Part shown: positions 59,652 through 64,000 of the stretch, piece after piece
How the letters are laid out: every line of letters begins with the position of its first letter
Position numbering within the stretch: the first letter of the stretch is position 1
DNA from: an uncultured Muribaculaceae bacterium
GTDB lineage: Bacteria > Bacteroidota > Bacteroidia > Bacteroidales > UBA932
DNA length: 64,000 bases
Direction: 5' to 3'
Assembly (NCBI GenBank): GCA_964369605.1
Contig: CAYJFD010000004.1
Span: forward strand, 2,027 to 66,026
The notes under the pieces: generated by a model
The model's database searches: none
The model's input: the letters and a program-made list of their open reading frames with translations, nothing else
What the model was told of the DNA's origin: nothing
Program-made: the position numbers and the translations under genes

Positions 59652-60833
59652 ATGATAAATATATCTAAACATATCCATTACATCGGAACTAACGATAGGA
59701 AGAAGCACCTTTTTGAAAACAACTGGCCTCTTCCGCAAGGAGTTTCGTATAACTCTTATATTATAGTTGATGAAAAAACAGCGATAATAGATACACTTGA
59801 GTTTGGCTCAGATCAAAACTACCTTGACACGATTAATGTAGCACTTAATGGAAAGGCTCTTGACTACCTTATCGTAAATCATATGGAGCCTGATCACGCA
59901 AGTATGATCGGAGAACTACTAAGAAATTTCCCTCAAATGAAAGTTGTTGGAAATGCTAAGACTTTCACCTTTCTTGTATCCTACTATAATCTTAGCCAAG
60001 ATCGTTTTATGGAAGTTGGAGACGGGGACAGCCTAGACTTAGGATATCATAAACTACAGTTCGCATTAGTACCATGGGTGCACTGGCCAGAAACTATGGT
60101 GACTTACGATACTACCGATCAAGTATTATTCTCATGTGATGCTTTTGGAACATTCGGAACACTTGATGGAGCTATCTTCGACGACGAAGTAAATTTCGAA
60201 TTTTACGAGAGTGAAATGAGAAGATATTACTCAAATATTGTAGGAAAGTGGTCTTCTATGGTTCAGAAGGCTATTGCTAAACTAGCTGGTATTCCTATTA
60301 AAATTATTTGTCCATCGCACGGACCGATTTGGAGACAGGACCCATCAAAGGTGCTTGGTCTTTATGATAAATGGAGTAAGTACGAGAGTGAAAAGGGCTG
60401 TGTCATAGCCTATGCATCTATGTATGGTAATACAGAACAAATGGCTGATAAAATAGCTAGAGAACTATGTGAGAAAGGCGTAAAGAACATTCGCATCTAC
60501 GACGTTTCAAAAACCCATGTATCTTACATACTAAATGACATCTGGAAGTACAACTCACTGATCTTAGGTTCTTGTGCTTACAATGGTGATATGCACCCTA
60601 TGATGGCAGCTTTAACACACGAAATAGAGGTAGCTATGCCTCAAAAGCGCACACTAGGTTTATTTGGAAGTTCTACTTGGAATGGAGCTGGCTTAAAAGC
60701 TCTAGAGAAGTTTGCTGGAAAGATGAAAATGGACCTATGCCCTATCACTGTCGAACTTTCTGGAGGGTATAAGGATGAAAAACTGATGAATCTAGACGAT
60801 TTTGCTAAAACATTTGCAGAGTCTATTAAATAA
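59652..60833 (+). CDS. FprA-family A-type flavodiiron protein
   Basis: MBL-like di-iron motif NHMEPDHAS followed by a flavodoxin-like domain (VIAYASMYGNTEQMA). Confidence 0.85.
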   Translation: MINISKHIHYIGTNDRKKHLFENNWPLPQGVSYNSYIIVDEKTAIIDTLEFGSDQNYLDTINVALNGKALDYLIVNHMEPDHASMIGELLRNFPQMKVVGNAKTFTFLVSYYNLSQDRFMEVGDGDSLDLGYHKLQFALVPWVHWPETMVTYDTTDQVLFSCDAFGTFGTLDGAIFDDEVNFEFYESEMRRYYSNIVGKWSSMVQKAIAKLAGIPIKIICPSHGPIWRQDPSKVLGLYDKWSKYESEKGCVIAYASMYGNTEQMADKIARELCEKGVKNIRIYDVSKTHVSYILNDIWKYNSLILGSCAYNGDMHPMMAALTHEIEVAMPQKRTLGLFGSSTWNGAGLKALEKFAGKMKMDLCPITVELSGGYKDEKLMNLDDFAKTFAESIK

Positions 60834-60838
60834 ATAGG

Positions 60839-61801
60839 ATGAAGCTAATAGAGAAAATATCAAATATATATGACCAGGTAAATAAATTTTTTACTGAGGA
60901 TATTTGGCTTATCAATAAGCACGAAGCCTCACGTAGAAGAGCTATCGTATCTCATCAAATACGAATTACCCTTATTACCTCAAAGAATTTTGGCGATAAT
61001 AATCTAGGGTGGCAATCTGTTGCCCTAAGCTATTTCTCTATTATTTCCTTTGTACCTATGGTTGCTCTTATATTTCTGATAACTAACGGTTTCGGATTAG
61101 CAGAGCATTTAAAAGAATTACTATATACATTTATTGATAATACAGAGATATTAGATATCGTATTTAATATCTCTGACAATATTATACATACAGCTAAGGA
61201 AGGCCCCTACGGGATCATTTCATTTATCCTGTTCATTTGGCTATTCATTTGGCTAATGCTTTGTGTTGAAAAATCCTTTAACTTGATATGGAAAGTGGAG
61301 AAGGCTAGGAATTTGTGGAAGAAAATGATATCCTATATTACCATTATTTTCCTTTCTCCATTTGTGATAATTACCTTCTTAACTATGATTATCACCCTAA
61401 ACTCAGGTGCAAGCTACATACGCTCTGAGATACCTTCCATTTCTGCCCTAAGTGACACAATTATATGGGTAGGCGCCTATATTCTGGCAACCATAGCATT
61501 TACACTTCTATATAAATTTATACCTAACGCTAAGGTATACTTTATATCAGCACTTAAGTCAGCACTGATATCCGCTCTTGCATTTACCGTTATCCAGTTT
61601 CTTTACTTAGAAACACAGTTTATGGTATCTAGGTTAAATGCGGTTTACGGGGCTTTTGCTGCCTTTCCTCTATTTTTAATTTGGTTAAATATGGGATGGT
61701 TCATTATCCTCACAGGGGTAGGACTATCGTATGCTTATCAAAAAGAGGAGGAATATATACAACGAATAATTCAGAAAAAAACATTAACAAAAGATGAATA
61801 A
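60839..61801 (+). CDS. YihY/BrkB-family membrane protein
   Basis: About 320 aa, 6 hydrophobic segments. GAFAAFPLFLIWLNMGWFIILTG is typical of the family. Confidence 0.8.
   Translation: MKLIEKISNIYDQVNKFFTEDIWLINKHEASRRRAIVSHQIRITLITSKNFGDNNLGWQSVALSYFSIISFVPMVALIFLITNGFGLAEHLKELLYTFIDNTEILDIVFNISDNIIHTAKEGPYGIISFILFIWLFIWLMLCVEKSFNLIWKVEKARNLWKKMISYITIIFLSPFVIITFLTMIITLNSGASYIRSEIPSISALSDTIIWVGAYILATIAFTLLYKFIPNAKVYFISALKSALISALAFTVIQFLYLETQFMVSRLNAVYGAFAAFPLFLIWLNMGWFIILTGVGLSYAYQKEEEYIQRIIQKKTLTKDE
61232..61255 (+). repeat. perfect 12-bp tandem duplication (ttcatttggcta x2) inside the yihY-like gene
   Basis: Read directly. Encodes FIWL-FIWL within a transmembrane segment. Confidence 0.95.
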
Positions 61802-63224
61802 ATTGTTTGATATGAAGCTTAGTGAAACGGCGGTTGACTTTATCGACCACGAAGGCTTCCATAATCTAATAAATAACACTAAAGAGGATGCCGTAAGATG
61901 TAGAGAGATTTTTAAAAAATCTATGGAGAAGAAGCCTCTAAATCTTGAAGAAGTAGCGGCACTTCTAGCTATTAAATCTCCTGAGTTACTTGATGAGCTT
62001 TTTGAGGCTGCAAGAGAGCTAAAAAGAGTGATTTATGGTAACCGAATCGTACTTTTCGCACCCTTATATATCGGTAATTACTGCATCAATAACTGCTCTT
62101 ACTGCGGGTTTAGAAGCGCATTACGTTCGACTGTACGCCACACCCTTGGAGATATTGAACTTAGAAATGAAGTACTATCACTTGAAAGAGAAGGGCATAA
62201 AAGATTGATTTTAGTATATGGAGAACATCCAAAATATACTCCAGAATTTATCGCCCATACTGTTCGATTAGTATATGATACAAAGGAAGGAAATGGAGAA
62301 ATACGTAGAGTGAATATTAATGCTGCTCCTCTTGATATAAAAGGATTTCAGACAGTCAAGGAAGCTGGCATAGGAACATTCCAAGTTTTCCAAGAAACGT
62401 ATAACAAACAAATATATAATGTATACCACCCAGCAAACACTATGAAGGGGGACTATATGTGGAGACTTAACGCTATGGATAGGGCTTTCATCGGTGGCTG
62501 TGATGATATGGGTATCGGTGCGCTGTTCGGTCTATATGATTGGAGATTTGAGGTGCTAGGATTGGTAGCTCACTCTATGCACTTATTTAATACTTTCGGT
62601 GTAGGACCTCACACTATAAGTTTCCCTAGAATAAAGCCTGCAAACGGATTAGAGTCTGATAATATTCCTTACATAGTGAATGATGATGATTTCAAAAAAC
62701 TAGTTGCGATCCTTAGACTTTCTGTTCCATATACTGGCCTTATTATGACTGCTCGTGAATCTGAAGCTATCAGAGATGAGCTTATAGAATTTGGAGTGTC
62801 ACAAATCGATGCTGGCACTAAGCTAGAAATAGGATCGTATCAAGAAAAGGATCAAAACTATACTCCTGATATGAATAAGAAGCAGTTCCAACTAGGTGAT
62901 AATAGAGAACTAGACGAAGTAATCAAGTGGCTAGTAACTAAGGATTTTCTCCCTAGTTTTTGCACTTCGTGTTACAGAAAAGGTAGAACTGGTGAACACT
63001 TTATGGAATATGCCATCCCAGGATTTATAAAAAAATTCTGTACACCTAACGCCTTGATCACATTGGCTGAATACTTAGAAGACTATTCTTCAGATCCTAC
63101 AAAGGAAGAGGGATATAATATGATACAGAGAGAACTTACAAAAGTTCCTGAGGGAGATTTTAAAAATAGCTTAATAAAACATATTGAGCAAGTTAGAACA
63201 GGCACTAGAGATATACATTACTAG
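61794..63224 (+). CDS. hydG: [FeFe]-hydrogenase H-cluster maturase HydG (radical SAM tyrosine lyase)
   Basis: CINNCSYCGF radical SAM motif plus the C-terminal CTSCYRKGRTGEHFMEYAIPGFIKKFC (CX2CX22C) that distinguishes HydG from ThiH. 476 aa. Confidence 0.85.
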   Translation: MNKLFDMKLSETAVDFIDHEGFHNLINNTKEDAVRCREIFKKSMEKKPLNLEEVAALLAIKSPELLDELFEAARELKRVIYGNRIVLFAPLYIGNYCINNCSYCGFRSALRSTVRHTLGDIELRNEVLSLEREGHKRLILVYGEHPKYTPEFIAHTVRLVYDTKEGNGEIRRVNINAAPLDIKGFQTVKEAGIGTFQVFQETYNKQIYNVYHPANTMKGDYMWRLNAMDRAFIGGCDDMGIGALFGLYDWRFEVLGLVAHSMHLFNTFGVGPHTISFPRIKPANGLESDNIPYIVNDDDFKKLVAILRLSVPYTGLIMTARESEAIRDELIEFGVSQIDAGTKLEIGSYQEKDQNYTPDMNKKQFQLGDNRELDEVIKWLVTKDFLPSFCTSCYRKGRTGEHFMEYAIPGFIKKFCTPNALITLAEYLEDYSSDPTKEEGYNMIQRELTKVPEGDFKNSLIKHIEQVRTGTRDIHY

Positions 63225-63241
63225 AGAAAGAAATAATACCT

Positions 63242-64000
63242 ATGGACAAATCAAAATCATTTCAATTATTAGTAGATAAGGAATTTGAGGAACTTCGCTT
63301 GGCAACTATAAAGCGTTGCGAATCTCAAGAAGAGTATGAACAAGTACTAAAGGCCTTTGAATTCGCTAAAAATGCTCATAGTCACATGACTAGGCGTTCA
63401 TCTGAGCCCTATATTATACACCCTATTTCTGTAGCTAAAATAGTTGTACAAGAAATAGGATTAGGCTATAAATCCATAGTAGCAGCTCTTCTTCATGATG
63501 TAGTAGAAGATACTGACTACACCGTAGAAGATATAGAGCGCCTTTTTGGAGAAAAAGTAGCATCATTAGTTGATGGTCTTACTAAAATTAAAATAGCTTT
63601 TGAGTCCAAGGATATATCATCTCAAGCCGAAAACTTTAGAAGAATAATTCTCACATTAAATGACGATGTGAGAGTTGTTCTTATTAAGCTTGCAGATAGA
63701 CTTCATAATCTTCGTACCCTACAACACATGCCTGAGAGAAAGAAGGATAAGATACTGAGTGAAACGATGTATATATTTATCCCCCTAGCTCACCGTTTGG
63801 GTCTTTACAATATGAAGACTGAGATGGAAAATATATGGTTAAGGTATAAGGAACCTGATGCTTACAATCAAATCCAAGAAAAACTAGATCTTATTATCAG
63901 TGAGAGAGGAGGAGATATCGATAAGTTTATTGCTCCTATTGAGAAATTTCTAGTTGCCCAGAATTATAATTTCCGCATACTTAAACGCACTAAATCACCC
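63242..64000 (+). CDS. RelA/SpoT-family (p)ppGpp synthetase/hydrolase, N-terminal fragment (3' end outside window)
   Basis: ATG at 63242, frame open to the window end. HD hydrolase domain motifs EPYIIHPISVA, LLHDVVEDT and KLADRLHNLRTL. Confidence 0.85.
   Translation, partial: MDKSKSFQLLVDKEFEELRLATIKRCESQEEYEQVLKAFEFAKNAHSHMTRRSSEPYIIHPISVAKIVVQEIGLGYKSIVAALLHDVVEDTDYTVEDIERLFGEKVASLVDGLTKIKIAFESKDISSQAENFRRIILTLNDDVRVVLIKLADRLHNLRTLQHMPERKKDKILSETMYIFIPLAHRLGLYNMKTEMENIWLRYKEPDAYNQIQEKLDLIISERGGDIDKFIAPIEKFLVAQNYNFRILKRTKSP

Overview
AT-rich, densely coding chromosomal segment with about 59 CDS, short gaps and many abutting or overlapping start/stop junctions. It reads as core genome of an anaerobic member of Bacteroidota. 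Supporting signs are a Bacteroidia-type RpoD N-terminus, -33 TTTG / -7 TAnnTTTG promoter boxes, many lipobox lipoproteins, ATP-dependent PEP carboxykinase, a 4-subunit 2-oxoacid:ferredoxin oxidoreductase, an ADP-forming acyl-CoA synthetase, HydG and a flavodiiron protein. Housekeeping genes dominate: speA fragment, rfbC, recQ, pckA, rny, zapA, pyrC, tex, argS, rpoD, ligA and a RelA/SpoT fragment. In the ORF set and the intergenic gaps I read, I saw no rRNA, tRNA, CRISPR array, transposase, integrase or phage gene, and no recognisable defence system. I therefore cannot point to a clear-cut novel multi-gene system. The best leads are smaller: (1) a ~190-nt strand-specific structured RNA candidate (6S-like) between zapA and rny; (2) a 364-bp spacer between a membrane-anchored TPR/LuxR regulator gene and a C11 peptidase gene, holding six helically phased (A)CTACA repeats, a promoter and an intrinsic terminator 25 nt before the peptidase start; (3) a hemerythrin-like protein coupled to a LuxR regulator whose receiver domain lacks the phospho-acceptor Asp, downstream of a phosphohexomutase / radical-SAM / DsrE-like array; (4) a TlpA / beta-barrel / CxxC-lipoprotein envelope module; (5) a recQ-lipoprotein-pif1 operon in which the HRDC-like domain sits on the Pif1-type helicase. 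All protein family calls come from motif recognition by eye, with no searches run.
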